A DNA stretch of 64,000 nt from an uncultured Phycisphaerales bacterium (lineage in GTDB: Bacteria; Planctomycetota; Phycisphaerae; Tepidisphaerales; Tepidisphaeraceae), in NCBI GenBank assembly GCA_963755915.1, contig CAVWLP010000002.1:544001-608000 (forward strand), given 5' to 3'. Made by a program: the position numbers and the translations under genes. The first letter of the stretch is position 1. Every line of letters begins with the position of its first letter. Shown here in pieces: positions 10,084 to 20,365 of this stretch. Below the pieces are notes generated by a model. The model searched no databases. It saw only the letters and a list, made by a program, of their open reading frames with translations, and was not told the DNA's origin.

Positions 10084-11550
10084 GTGAAATTTAAATCGGG
10101 CTGGTTGCTGGGTCTGACGGTTGCCGCGATGTTGCTGGCGGGCGATCCTATTGCGCGGGCGGACGCCGGGCACTATGGGTTTCAGGTCGGGCAGGATCGG
10201 GTTTACAAAATCGTAGTCACGCTGGACCTGCCGGATCACTCGCAGACGCACATCGATTATGTTGCGCTGCATCCCCAGTTGATCGATGCGGCCAGCGGGC
10301 AGACTTCTCTGACGTATGACTGGGGCGTGTCGAACAATATCACGAAATATGCGAATACGGGTGTGTCGGGAATGGGGGCGAATCCCGATTGGGTTTTCAA
10401 TTCTTCCTCAAATGGCGACACCACGGGGAAGCTGATCGTGATCGACGCGCAGGGGAAGCTTGTGCGGACGGACATCAAGGAGGAATCTGCGCAGTTGCCG
10501 GGGGAGCAGGGCCCGGCTTGGAGCTTGCCGCTGCAGCCGCTGCCGCCGGCCGGGCAGAGCGCCTGGAGCGAGCAGCGGCCGTTGAGGCTGTACGAAGACG
10601 ATTCTTCCGGTCCGGGGGGCTTTCCGTTTGGTCCGCCGGGATTCGGGGGGCCGAGATTTCCGCATCTTGTGAATCCGTTTGGACCGCCCCCGACGCGGGT
10701 GGAAACGACGGGGACTGAAAACATCAGTTACACCGCTTCGCAGGAGGGAAATCTCCTCACCGTGCAGCGGCATTACGATATGACCGCCCCGGCGGGATCC
10801 ACGGATATGCCCAACCAGCACGTTCACGGGGAGGGACAATATGTTTATGACCCTTCGCTCGGTTGCGTCAGGAGCTTGCAGTGGAACGTCACGATGGACC
10901 TGACTCTGAAAAATGTGAGTGTGTCGGTTCCAATCTCGGTAAACGCGGACCTGGTTTCGGCGGATGATCTGGCGAAATTCAAAGTCATCGCTGACGCCGA
11001 CAAAGCTGAGCAGGCGGAGTTGGACAAGGAACATGCGGCGTTGATCAACGACGAAATTAATCTCCCGCCGGACATGGAGACGACGCAGGCACTGGGCCGC
11101 ACCGACGGCGGCGGCCCGTTCTGCGCGGCCAGCATCAACCACAGTCCGGTGATTGGGTTCCGGATCAAGGTGGATTCATGGGGCGATCACTCGGCGTTCC
11201 CGGTGCTCGATCCGCTCTATTGGAAACCGGTGCCGCAGCCGAATGATCCAAAGACGGTGATCCTAATGGCGAAGGACGGTTATGCGGTTGCGTCGATGAC
11301 CATCAACGCGGGGAACGGAGTGAACGCGCTATGCGTGAGGTTTATGCGGATCGCGGGGGACAAGCTCGATCCGACCGACACCTACGTGAGCCACTGGTTT
11401 GGACATAAAGTGGGGGAAAAGCAAACCAAGCTGGGAGGGGATGGAAGATTCGTTTATGGTATCTACGGCCGAAAGGGATCGAATTACGATTATCTTGGCC
11501 TGGTGATGGCCAGCGGGTCAGATCAGCAGGTGGATGATTCGACGCATTGA
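10084..11550 (+). CDS. exported hypothetical protein, possible C-terminal jacalin-like beta-prism
   Basis: Signal peptide ending ARA, GGAGG RBS; C-terminal GGGPF...GYAV...GIYGRKG...LGLV pattern. Confidence 0.6.
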   Translation: MKFKSGWLLGLTVAAMLLAGDPIARADAGHYGFQVGQDRVYKIVVTLDLPDHSQTHIDYVALHPQLIDAASGQTSLTYDWGVSNNITKYANTGVSGMGANPDWVFNSSSNGDTTGKLIVIDAQGKLVRTDIKEESAQLPGEQGPAWSLPLQPLPPAGQSAWSEQRPLRLYEDDSSGPGGFPFGPPGFGGPRFPHLVNPFGPPPTRVETTGTENISYTASQEGNLLTVQRHYDMTAPAGSTDMPNQHVHGEGQYVYDPSLGCVRSLQWNVTMDLTLKNVSVSVPISVNADLVSADDLAKFKVIADADKAEQAELDKEHAALINDEINLPPDMETTQALGRTDGGGPFCAASINHSPVIGFRIKVDSWGDHSAFPVLDPLYWKPVPQPNDPKTVILMAKDGYAVASMTINAGNGVNALCVRFMRIAGDKLDPTDTYVSHWFGHKVGEKQTKLGGDGRFVYGIYGRKGSNYDYLGLVMASGSDQQVDDSTH

Positions 11551-11697
11551 ATGAACTGAACAGGTCGTGATGGGTGGTGGTCAGTTTGGGCTCCGTGTCG
11601 AAATACGAAATTCCCACGGCAGCGCGGTTCGACTGAGCTCACCGAAGTCCGTGGGCGTTCCGGGAGCGAACTGATTCAGTAGCTCGCAATGAGTTAT

Positions 11698-13962
11698 TCA
11701 GGAATGGCGGGGCTCTACGCCGAGGAGGTTTCGGACGAGGAAATCCTGGCGGCGGCGGTCGCCGTAGGGGCCGTCCTGGCCGTGGTCGGCGTTGGGGATG
11801 ACCAGAAAATCGAAATCCTTGTTGGCCTTTTCCAGGGCGTTGACGACCTGCATTGTGGAGGCGGGATCGACGTTGTGATCGAGCTCGGCGACGATGAGCA
11901 GGAGCTTGCCTTTCATTTTGTAAGCGTTGGTGACGTTGGATTGCTCGGCATATTGGGGGCCGATGGGCCAGCCCATCCAGAGCTCGTTCCACCAGATTTT
12001 GTCCATGCGGTTATCGTGGCAGCCGCAGTCGGCGATGGCGACGGAATAGAAATCGTTGAAGGCTTCGAGTGCGCGGAGGGCGCTTTGTCCGCCGGCGGAG
12101 GTGCCGTAGATACCGACTCGGGTGAGGTCCATATACGGGTATTTTTGGGCGGCGGCTTTGATCCAGAGGATGCGGTCGGGAAAGCCGGCGTCGCCGAGGT
12201 TTTTCCAGCAGACATCGTGGAAGGCGTGGGAGCGGTTGTTGGTGCCCATGCCGTCGATTTTCACGACGATGAACCCGAGCTCGGCGATGGCCTGCTCTGG
12301 ATGGAATCGCGAAAAGGCCTTGGGGACGAAGGAATCCTGCGGGCCGGCGTAAATGTCTTCGACGACGGGATACTTGATGGAAGGGTCGAAATTGGTTGGG
12401 CGGAAAATCACGCCAAAGATGTCGGTCTTTCCGTCGCGGGCCTTGGCGACGAAGCGCTGCGGAATTTTCCAGCCGGTTTTCAGGAGCTCGGTCCACTGGG
12501 CGCGCTCGAGGGGGCAGAGGAGTTTGCCGTCGGAAACGCGGCGCAGTTCGTTGACGGGGGGCATGTCGACGCGGGACCAGGTGTCGATGATGAAACGGTG
12601 ATCGGGGGAATATTCAATCGAGTGGGTGCCGTCGCCGTCGGTGAGGTTGACCAGGCCGGTGCCGTCGAAGTTGATGCGGCAATATTGAATGTAATAGGGG
12701 TCTTGATCGGGAAAGATTCCACCGGCGTGGAACCAGATCTGGCGATTTTTTTCGTCGACGGAATCGACGCCGCGCACGACCCACTGGCCGCGGGTGATCT
12801 GGTTTTTGACCTGGCCGGTGTGGGCGTCGTAGAGATAAAGATGGTTCCAGCCGTCGCGTTCTGACATCCAGATCATTTCGCCGGTGGCGGGGAAATAGCG
12901 GTAGAAGAGGTGGGAGTCGTAATCGATGAAGGTTTTGCTCTGTTCGTCAATGACGGCGGAGGCGGCGCCGGTGTGGGCGTCGACGGCGATAACGCGGAGG
13001 ACCTGGTGGCCGCGCTGGTTGTAGACGAAGGTGAAGCGGGAGGAATCGGGGTCCCAATTAAAACCGTCGACGGACCAGGGATTGGGGAAGAGGTCGCCCG
13101 TGACGTGGATTTCGCTGTGGGTGGGGATGTCGAAGAGATGCGGCTTTGTAAGGGGGATTTGATCGCCGGGCTTGAGGTATTCGTACCAGAGAAGGCGGGG
13201 CTGCAATTGGTCGGGGGGAGAGGATTGGATGAGATAGACCTTGCGATGGTCGCCGTCGTGGGTCCAGAGGGCGAGGAGTTTTGTGGAGTCTGGGGACCAG
13301 AGGAAATCACCGGTATAGCCGTCGCCGGGTTTACCGGCCTGAGAGAGGATGATGCGGTCGTGATTTTTCAGGGAGCGGAGGACGACGTTGCCACCCACGA
13401 TGACGGCCTCCCACTGGCCGTCGGGGGAATCGGGGTTGAAATCGGTCTCCAACTCCGCGGGCATATCTTCGGGTTGCAACTGGCGCTGGGTGGTGGAACG
13501 AAGCGATGTGGGAGAGGTGTTGGAAACAGGGGAGAGGGTTTTTGCGGTGCGGTCGTAGCTCCAGAGTTTTCCCTCTGCCATGAAGCGGACGGATCGATCG
13601 GAATCGGTGAAGGCGATGGGGTCGGGATCGACGTCAGCGGCGGCGAATTTCATTCCGGTGGCCTGGGAGAGCCGAAGGGCCAAATCGGTAGGGTCGAAGG
13701 CGAGCTGGCGCGTGCCGGCAGCGGCATTGACGACATAATATTCGTGCTCGCCGGAGGAGGTGGCGATGCGATACCAAAACTGGTTGTTCTGGTCGAACCA
13801 ATGAGGCTGAACACGGAAGCGGAAGACCTTGTTGCGGGTGAGGTCGGCGAGATGATCGGCGCGCTGGTAGTCCTGGAGCGAACCGCCGGCGAGGGCGGAG
13901 CTGACGAAGAGAAAGAGGATCAGCGCGATCAACTTCACGGAGTGAAGGGTTCGATGGTGCAT
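11698..13962 (-). CDS. S9B dipeptidyl-peptidase IV family serine peptidase
   Basis: Signal peptide; DPP IV N-terminal domain (SERDGWNHLY); GIYGTSAGG nucleophile, DHNVD, and ADHG. Confidence 0.92.
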   Translation of the reverse strand: MHHRTLHSVKLIALILFLFVSSALAGGSLQDYQRADHLADLTRNKVFRFRVQPHWFDQNNQFWYRIATSSGEHEYYVVNAAAGTRQLAFDPTDLALRLSQATGMKFAAADVDPDPIAFTDSDRSVRFMAEGKLWSYDRTAKTLSPVSNTSPTSLRSTTQRQLQPEDMPAELETDFNPDSPDGQWEAVIVGGNVVLRSLKNHDRIILSQAGKPGDGYTGDFLWSPDSTKLLALWTHDGDHRKVYLIQSSPPDQLQPRLLWYEYLKPGDQIPLTKPHLFDIPTHSEIHVTGDLFPNPWSVDGFNWDPDSSRFTFVYNQRGHQVLRVIAVDAHTGAASAVIDEQSKTFIDYDSHLFYRYFPATGEMIWMSERDGWNHLYLYDAHTGQVKNQITRGQWVVRGVDSVDEKNRQIWFHAGGIFPDQDPYYIQYCRINFDGTGLVNLTDGDGTHSIEYSPDHRFIIDTWSRVDMPPVNELRRVSDGKLLCPLERAQWTELLKTGWKIPQRFVAKARDGKTDIFGVIFRPTNFDPSIKYPVVEDIYAGPQDSFVPKAFSRFHPEQAIAELGFIVVKIDGMGTNNRSHAFHDVCWKNLGDAGFPDRILWIKAAAQKYPYMDLTRVGIYGTSAGGQSALRALEAFNDFYSVAIADCGCHDNRMDKIWWNELWMGWPIGPQYAEQSNVTNAYKMKGKLLLIVAELDHNVDPASTMQVVNALEKANKDFDFLVIPNADHGQDGPYGDRRRQDFLVRNLLGVEPRHS

Positions 13963-14287
13963 AGGAGGCAGCCTTGTTTGGAGAGGGCAATCGCGTTTGG
14001 ACTGATTGCGGATAGTGAATGAGGTTTTGGGGAGGGCATGTCCGAAGATGTCCGAAAGTGCCCGGGATTTGAGCGCGAGTTATTTTTTCCCTGAGCTGGG
14101 TTTGGTGAGCCGGGGAAGATTGCAGCGGAATATGTGTCGAAGATAAGGTGCATCTATATACAGGTCCAAAAGGTGTACGTTTTGTACCTATTTTCGGGAA
14201 ATCGGCGGATTTTTTTGAAAATTTTTTGGGAGCGCATGCAGAGGGGCGGCGAGGGGGATCGCGTGGGGCATGAAATTTTTCTCACTG

Positions 14288-14334
14288 CCCTCACCCCGCC
14301 CTCTCCCGGAGTACCGGGCGAGGGGGTAAGAGGG
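14288..14334. repeat. CCCTCACCCC...CTCTCCC...GAGGG REP-like palindrome
   Basis: CCCTCACCCCGCCCTCTCCCGGAGTACCGGGCGAGGGGGTAAGAGGG can fold into a hairpin; this is a widespread intergenic repeat type. Confidence 0.65.
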
Positions 14335-14908
14335 AAGCGGCGGTGGCGGCGATGCAAGGGGGGTAGGATAGCGACTGCGGTGTGGGCGGGTGGCGGGAAG
14401 GACCCAAAAACAAAGCAGTCTACAAAAGATGTGTCGCCTTGTGGAAAGATGCTTTTGGGGGTTGATTGTGGGCGAAGCTAAAGAAACCTGATCTGGCTGG
14501 CAGAAGCGGTCTCAGGAGCGTGGTCGCACAATGTTGCGATTTGGGAGATTTTCTATAGTGCAAGGGGGAGAGGCCGAGGCGATCGGCAACGGACTTTTCT
14601 GTCGCATTTCATTCCATCGATGTCGCGTCCGTAGAAGCAACAATCTGAAAAAATAGCGCAGATTATCGTTGAACTCGGATGGGGCGGATTTAAATTAACC
14701 CTTGTCGCGTCGGGGTTTGCGATCTCCGGCGCGGGTGGACCGTTTGTATCTCCACCAGGAGGCGGAGCGAGTTTCGACCCATCACGGTTGCGATTCGCAT
14801 GATGTGCCGCTTCTGGGGTTTTTCGAGGGTCCAAACGGGTTTTCGCGGGAGCAATTTGCAGGAGCGAGATCAGAAGGATTTTCGCGCATGTTACAGGAGG
14901 GTTTTGCG

Positions 14909-15784
14909 ATGAAGAGAAATCAATTGTTGTGTGGCAGCGTGCTCGCCGGCGTTGCGGCGGTTTTTGTGCCGATGCGGGCGGCTCATGCAGCATTGTACGG
15001 AAACTTCGTGGGGCCAAATCTTACGTACACGAACGTGACGGAAAACGATTCGGAGCTATCGGGCAACCCGCCGGTGGAATCGATTCCGGCGCAGGCGCTT
15101 TTCGGGCCGCCGGTTCTTTCGCCGTCGAACAGCGACAACCTTTCGTTCAACGATATGTCATTCGCGGCGGAAGCCGCGGATGGGGGGCTTGAATATCAGA
15201 ATGGCGAGTTGACGTTTGGGGTGGTGCCTTCTTCGCCGGGGAAAGCGCTGACCGCGCTCTCCTTCACAGAAGGGGGTCAGTGGACGATCGAGGGACCCGC
15301 GGGCGACGCGGTTTCATTTGATTCGCTGGTTTTCGACAATCTGCTGATTACGGGGGTGAACGGGACGCCGCTGGCGACGCCGATCGTGGTAGCGCCCGAC
15401 TACGGGGCACCCTCGTTCCAGCAGCTTGACGGCCCGCCTCCACTGGTCACTTTCACGCCCGGTGCTGGTAATCTGACGATTACTTCCGCGGGCGGGACGG
15501 GAATCGCGGTGGGTACTTGGAACATTACCGCCAGCTTCGATCTGCAGGCGGCGGTGGGCATTGGGGACGTCGTCACCAGCATTACGGTGGCGCTAGACGA
15601 TGCTTTGCAGGCTACGACGACGGATGTACCTGGCACCACGACTTTCGCGGAAATCGACAAGAAGGAATTCTACGTGAACGGTGGAACGACGCCGTTTCAG
15701 AGCGGTGTTCCGGAGCCGGGAACATTGTCGATTCTCGCGTGCGGTGGGCTGCTGCTGGGCCGCCGGCGGCGGGCATCGCGATAA
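14909..15784 (+). CDS. PEP-CTERM sorting domain surface protein
   Basis: AGGAGG RBS; signal peptide MKRNQLL...AHA; C-terminal VPEPGTLSILACGGLLLGRRRR. Confidence 0.9.
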   Translation: MKRNQLLCGSVLAGVAAVFVPMRAAHAALYGNFVGPNLTYTNVTENDSELSGNPPVESIPAQALFGPPVLSPSNSDNLSFNDMSFAAEAADGGLEYQNGELTFGVVPSSPGKALTALSFTEGGQWTIEGPAGDAVSFDSLVFDNLLITGVNGTPLATPIVVAPDYGAPSFQQLDGPPPLVTFTPGAGNLTITSAGGTGIAVGTWNITASFDLQAAVGIGDVVTSITVALDDALQATTTDVPGTTTFAEIDKKEFYVNGGTTPFQSGVPEPGTLSILACGGLLLGRRRRASR

Positions 15785-15966
15785 TCTCCGCGAATTTGGG
15801 TGGTGGGTCAGTTTGGGCTATGTGTCCAATGCGAAATCCCCACGGCGGCGCCGTGGGCGTTCCCGGGACGGAACTAATCCAATACCGGATTTGTCAGTTT
15901 TCATAAAGATTGCAGCCATCGAATTCGATTGGAAAATCGGGGGTTTGCGCTTATCCTGCCGGGCTC

Positions 15967-16732
15967 ATGGGCGCGGCGGACTTTAAGCTGGATGGATTGA
16001 CGGCGCTGGTTAGCGGATGCAGCAAGGGCATCGGCAGGGAGCTGGCGGTTGGGCTGGCGCAGGCGGGGGCGGATATCGTGGGGGTGAGTTCAACACTTGC
16101 GGAATCGGGCAGCGAAGTTGAACGGGAAGTGCGAGCGACGGGGCGGAAATTCAGGGGGTATTCCTGCGATTTCAGCAAGAGGAAATCACTTTACGAATTC
16201 ATCGAGAAGATTCGTCGCGATGGGCATCGGATTGATATTCTGATCAACAACGCGGGGATCATCCGGCGGAAGCCGGCGGCGGAGTATCCGGATGAGTTCT
16301 GGGACGAAGTGATGGAGGTGAACCTGGACTCGCAGTTTGTGCTGAGCCGGGAGATCGGGCGGGAAATGATCGCACGGGGATGGGGACGGATCGTTTTCAT
16401 GGCATCGGTGCTGACGTTTCAGGGGGGAGTAAACGTGGCGGGTTATGCGGCGAGCAAAGGGGCGATCGGATCGCTGGTGAAGGCGCTGGCGAACGAATGG
16501 GCAGGCAAAGGCGTGAACGTGAACGCGATTGCGCCGGGGTATATCGCGACGGACAACACGGCGCCGCTGCGCGGATGAGAATCGCAGCCGGGCAATCCTG
16601 GAGCGGATTCCGGCCGGGCGATGGGGCAAGCCGGAGGACCTGGTCGGGCCGGCGGTGTTTTTGTGCAGCCCGGCGGGTGCGTATGTACACGGTACAATTC
16701 TGACGGTGGATGGCGGGTGGATGGGTCGATAA
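15967..16732 (+). CDS. kduD: 2-dehydro-3-deoxy-D-gluconate 5-dehydrogenase; frameshift near 16572
   Basis: [27 protein letters not shown], then in another frame [13 protein letters not shown]...VDGGWMGR; next to kduI. Confidence 0.88.
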
Positions 16733-16759
16733 ACCGCCAAGCGAAGCGAGGAGCAACCA

Positions 16760-18100
16760 GTGACATCATCGAATACTGCGGAGCTGCCGGCCCAAGAGCG
16801 TCATTCGCCTCATGGGCATGCTCGGTGGAAGATCTGCGCCATCCTTTTTGGCGCAATCGTGCTGATCTACATTCACCGCAACGTCGTTTCGGTTTTGAAC
16901 GGCGACACGTTCGCCCGGGTGTATGGATGGAACAGCATTACCTTCGGAAATATCGGGATGGCGTTCACGGCGGGGTACGCAATCGGCCTGGTGGGGGCGG
17001 GCCGATTTCTCGACCGGGTCGGGGTTCGGCGCGGATTTCTGGTTGCAGCCGTCATCTGGACGGTCGTGGCGATGGGTCACGGCCTGGTGTCGAAGCTGCC
17101 GGCGGGGTCGGCGCTGTCGGGATTCCTGGTAGCACGATTCGTTTTGGGGATTTTTGAAGGAGCTTTTTTCCCGGCGTCGATCCGCTCGGTGGCGGAATGG
17201 TTTCCGAAAAGCGAACGAGCATTTGCCACGGGCGTGTTCAATGCGGGAAGTGCACTGGGCGCACTGCTTTCACCGCTGGTGGTGCCGTATATCGCCGCGG
17301 CGTGGGGATGGCCGGCAGCGTTTTACCTGGCGGGCGGGCTGGGAATCATTTGGGTGGTCATCTGGATCGCGTTTTACCGTGCGCCCGAGGAATATCCGAG
17401 CCTGACGGGCGAGGAATTGGATTACATCCGCAGCGACCAGGAGCCGCGCGTTAAAGGGCTGCCGTGGAAGAAGATCATCGGATATCGGCAGACGTGGGCG
17501 TTTGCGCTGGGAAAATTCGTGACCGATCCGATCTGGTGGTTCTACATTTTCTGGCTGCCGCTGTTTTTGAACAGTCATTTCAAAGTCGACCTGAAGCACT
17601 TCGGCCCCCCGCTGGTGATCGTTTACCTGATGGCCGATGGAGGCAGCGTGGCTGGCGGGTGGCTTTCGTCGCACTTTCTGCGGCGCGGGTGGAGTGTGAA
17701 CGCGGGAAGAAAGACGGCGATGCTGATTTGCGCGGTGTGCGTGGTGCCGGTGCTATTCGTGGCCAGCATTCACAATATGTGGATCGCGATCGTGCTGATC
17801 GGCCTGGCGGCGGCGGCGCACCAGGGGTGGTCGGCAAATCTGTTTACGCTGGCCTCCGACATGGCACCGAAGGCGGCTGTCAGCTCGGTGGTGGGACTGG
17901 GCGGAATGGCGGGCGCCATTGGGGGAGTGCTCTATCAGCAGTTTGTCGGGCAGGTGGTGAATCGCACGCACGCGTACGTCATTCCGTTTGCGGTTGCGGG
18001 GCTGGCGTATGTGTCGGTGCTCATTATCATTCACCTGATGCTGCCTCGATTGGAACCGATGCAGTTGGCTGAGTCGGACCTTTCTTCGGCCGGCACATGA
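16760..18100 (+). CDS. exuT: hexuronate MFS transporter (ExuT-like)
   Basis: AEWFPKSERAFATGVFNAG, TDPIWWFYIFWLP, AAHQGWSANLFT. Confidence 0.8.
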   Translation: MTSSNTAELPAQERHSPHGHARWKICAILFGAIVLIYIHRNVVSVLNGDTFARVYGWNSITFGNIGMAFTAGYAIGLVGAGRFLDRVGVRRGFLVAAVIWTVVAMGHGLVSKLPAGSALSGFLVARFVLGIFEGAFFPASIRSVAEWFPKSERAFATGVFNAGSALGALLSPLVVPYIAAAWGWPAAFYLAGGLGIIWVVIWIAFYRAPEEYPSLTGEELDYIRSDQEPRVKGLPWKKIIGYRQTWAFALGKFVTDPIWWFYIFWLPLFLNSHFKVDLKHFGPPLVIVYLMADGGSVAGGWLSSHFLRRGWSVNAGRKTAMLICAVCVVPVLFVASIHNMWIAIVLIGLAAAAHQGWSANLFTLASDMAPKAAVSSVVGLGGMAGAIGGVLYQQFVGQVVNRTHAYVIPFAVAGLAYVSVLIIIHLMLPRLEPMQLAESDLSSAGT

Positions 18101-18116
18101 AAGTCGGGGCATTGGT

Positions 18117-18950
18117 ATGAAAACTCGAAATGTCGCCGATCAGGAGCGCTATCAGCGGATGACCACGCAGGAGCTGCGGGAATCGTTCCTGGTGGAGAGC
18201 CTGTTTCAGCCGGACGTGGTGGAACTGGTTTATACAGATGTGGATCGGGCGGTGATCGGGTCGGTGGTGCCGACAGAATCGAAAATTGCGCTGGGGACGA
18301 GCAAGGCACAGCTCGCGGCGGAATATTTCGCGGAGCGGAGGGAAGTCGGGATCATCAACACGGGGTCGCCGGGGGCGGTTGTCGTGGATGGGAAGACGTT
18401 CGCGATGGACAACTGCGACGGGCTTTACATCGGGCGCGGGAGCAAGCGGATCGAATTCGAAAGTGGAAAGGCGCAGGACCCCGCGAAATTTTTTCTGATG
18501 AGCTATCCCGCTCACACGAGCTATCCGACGACCCACGCGAAGCGGGCACAGGCGGAGACCGTGAACCTGGGCTCACTGAAAGACGCGAATCAGCGAACGA
18601 TTTATAAATATATTCATCCGAAGGGAATCGCGAGTTGCCAGCTTGTGATGGGCTTTACGCAATTGAAGGAGGGAAGCATCTGGAACACGATGCCGCCGCA
18701 TACGCATTCGCGGAGGACGGAGGTTTATCTTTATTTCAACCTGGATGCGTCGGCGCGGGTGTTTCATATGATGGGGACGCCGCACGAAACGCGGCATTTG
18801 GTGGTGAAGAGCGGGCAGGCGGTGATCTCGCCGAGCTGGTCCATACATGCAGGGGCGGGGACGCAGAATTACAGTTTCGTATGGGCGATGGGCGGGGAGA
18901 ATCAGGCGTTTGAGGATATGGATCAGGTGGCGGTCGGGGAGCTGAAATAA
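18117..18950 (+). CDS. kduI: 5-dehydro-4-deoxy-D-glucuronate isomerase
   Basis: WNTMPPHTHSRRTEVYLYF, SPSWSIHAGAGT, WAMGGENQ. Confidence 0.95.
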   Translation: MKTRNVADQERYQRMTTQELRESFLVESLFQPDVVELVYTDVDRAVIGSVVPTESKIALGTSKAQLAAEYFAERREVGIINTGSPGAVVVDGKTFAMDNCDGLYIGRGSKRIEFESGKAQDPAKFFLMSYPAHTSYPTTHAKRAQAETVNLGSLKDANQRTIYKYIHPKGIASCQLVMGFTQLKEGSIWNTMPPHTHSRRTEVYLYFNLDASARVFHMMGTPHETRHLVVKSGQAVISPSWSIHAGAGTQNYSFVWAMGGENQAFEDMDQVAVGELK

Positions 18951-18956
18951 GTGAAA

Positions 18957-19000
18957 AACTCGGCAGGCAGGACTCGAACCTGCAACCAGCCGGTTAACAG
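18957..19000 (-). repeat. att site: 3' half of tRNA-Asn(GTT), copy 1 (not an intact tRNA)
   Basis: Minus strand reads CTGTTAACCGGCTGGTTGCAGGTTCGAGTCCTGCCTGCCGAGTT: anticodon loop, T arm and acceptor 3' strand, with no D arm. Identical 44-mer at 32140-32183. Confidence 0.9.
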
Positions 19001-19580
19001 GCTCGGTCTGGGCGACGCCGGAAAGCCTGAAAAACCAAGGATTTTCAAGCATTTTACCCTTCTGAAACCCAAATGCAATCGCATTTAAAAATACGCATTC
19101 CTACTTAAAAAACGTCAGTATTTCGAACTGGCTTCCGTAAATACGGAGGCCATATCGACCGGCCATCTAAGACGAAGCAACGTTGTTTTGGGTGTAGGTG
19201 ATCCCTGCGACACAAATGACTTTAATTTCGTTTTTGAACTTCCGCTGCTGATGGACACCGTGTCCGGCCACCCCCTGCTGCGTTTCTCCGCTAAATTTCC
19301 GCTCTTTTTGCGCAATGATACTAAAGCGGTTCCGATTGCCATCAGCGGTCGTCACTTTCCTGTTTTTGTCGTTCCATTTTCACCGCCCTACTGGGCAAAG
19401 GAGATTCAGCGCGAACGTTGAAGACCTGACTTAGCTATTGGACTCGTAGGGCCCGATCGACCGCCTAACCGTGTCATCGGGCCATTTCTATCTCGCCTCC
19501 GCACGTGCGGGGGCGGCTTTGTTTTCACAACAAGGCCGTCCCCCCACGGGGACGGTCCCCACCAAGAAAGGACCCTCCCA

Positions 19581-20048
19581 ATGAGTGCTGTTTTATCCAC
19601 ACCTGCCTCCTGGCAGGCAGGATTTGTTGCTGTGCTGCCGGCAATTGAAAACCATGCCCGAATTCGATTCCGATATCTGCGACCCGAGCGTCGCCAAGAG
19701 GCCATTCAGGAGGCGATCGCATCGGCCTGCTGCTCGTATCGCCGGTTGGCGGCCCAAGGGATGTTGCACCGCGCCACGGCCAGCACATTGGCAAAGTTCG
19801 CCATTCGGGCAGTTCGCGGAAGTCGCCATGTCGGGGGAACCCAGGAGAAGCTCAATGATGTGCTCTCCCCCGTCGCCCAGCGCCACCACGGCTTCCAGGA
19901 CGTGACCCATCGAGCCAGATCGTCCAGCACCAAAGGCGAAGGCTGGCTTGCTGAGGCGATTCCCCACCCGATCCGAGAGGAACGGGTGCCGACGGGACCG
20001 CATCCGACCAGCCGAAAGTTGAAGCCACGGCAAGCGAACATCGTCTAA
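19581..20048 (+). pseudogene. probably truncated sigma-factor-like DNA-binding protein of planctomycete mobile elements
   Basis: LPAIENHARIRF...RQEAIQEAIASAC...LAKFAIRAVR resembles sigma region 2; the sequence after about 19900 looks unrelated. Confidence 0.4.
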
Positions 20049-20183
20049 CCGCTGGGCGTGGCGCTCCTGCTCACGCCGGGGCGCAGCCATCATTCCGCGC
20101 AGGGGCGGGCGACCGAGGATATCACGGGTTATTTGAATCGAACGATGAAGATGATTAACCACCTAATTCCGAAGGACCCGATC

Positions 20184-20312
20184 GTGGCATCAAACACAAA
20201 CTCTGTTCATCACCGCCAGCAGGAAAGCCTCTATCATGCGCTCGGGCCATTGATCGCCGACGCGCTGGCGCAGCCCGACGTAGTGGAGATCATGGCCAAT
20301 CCCGACGGCAAA
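20184..20312 (+). pseudogene. trbB: 5' fragment of TrbB/VirB11 ATPase
   Basis: [30 protein letters not shown] matches [30 protein letters not shown] of the intact trbB at 56690. Confidence 0.85.
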
Positions 20313-20365
20313 GCGCGCGATCGATTAACGTTGCGAGTCGGGCTCGGTATGATATCTTTTCTGCC

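Noticed and set aside
11689-14022. Long plus-strand ORFs 11689-12864 and 12910-14022, and similar ones at 427-1896 and 7936-9081
   Set aside because: They are antisense shadows of well-supported genes, expected with high-GC codon bias.
14030-14500. ORF 14134-14481 and short repeats such as ATGTCCGAAG-ATGTCCGAAAG as a gene or operator
   Set aside because: No recognisable protein features, it contains a REP-like palindrome, and the repeat is too short to support a call.
18957-19000. Functional tRNA genes at 18957, 30775 and 32140
   Set aside because: Only anticodon-to-3' halves are present, with no D arm or 5' acceptor strand. Treated as att sites.
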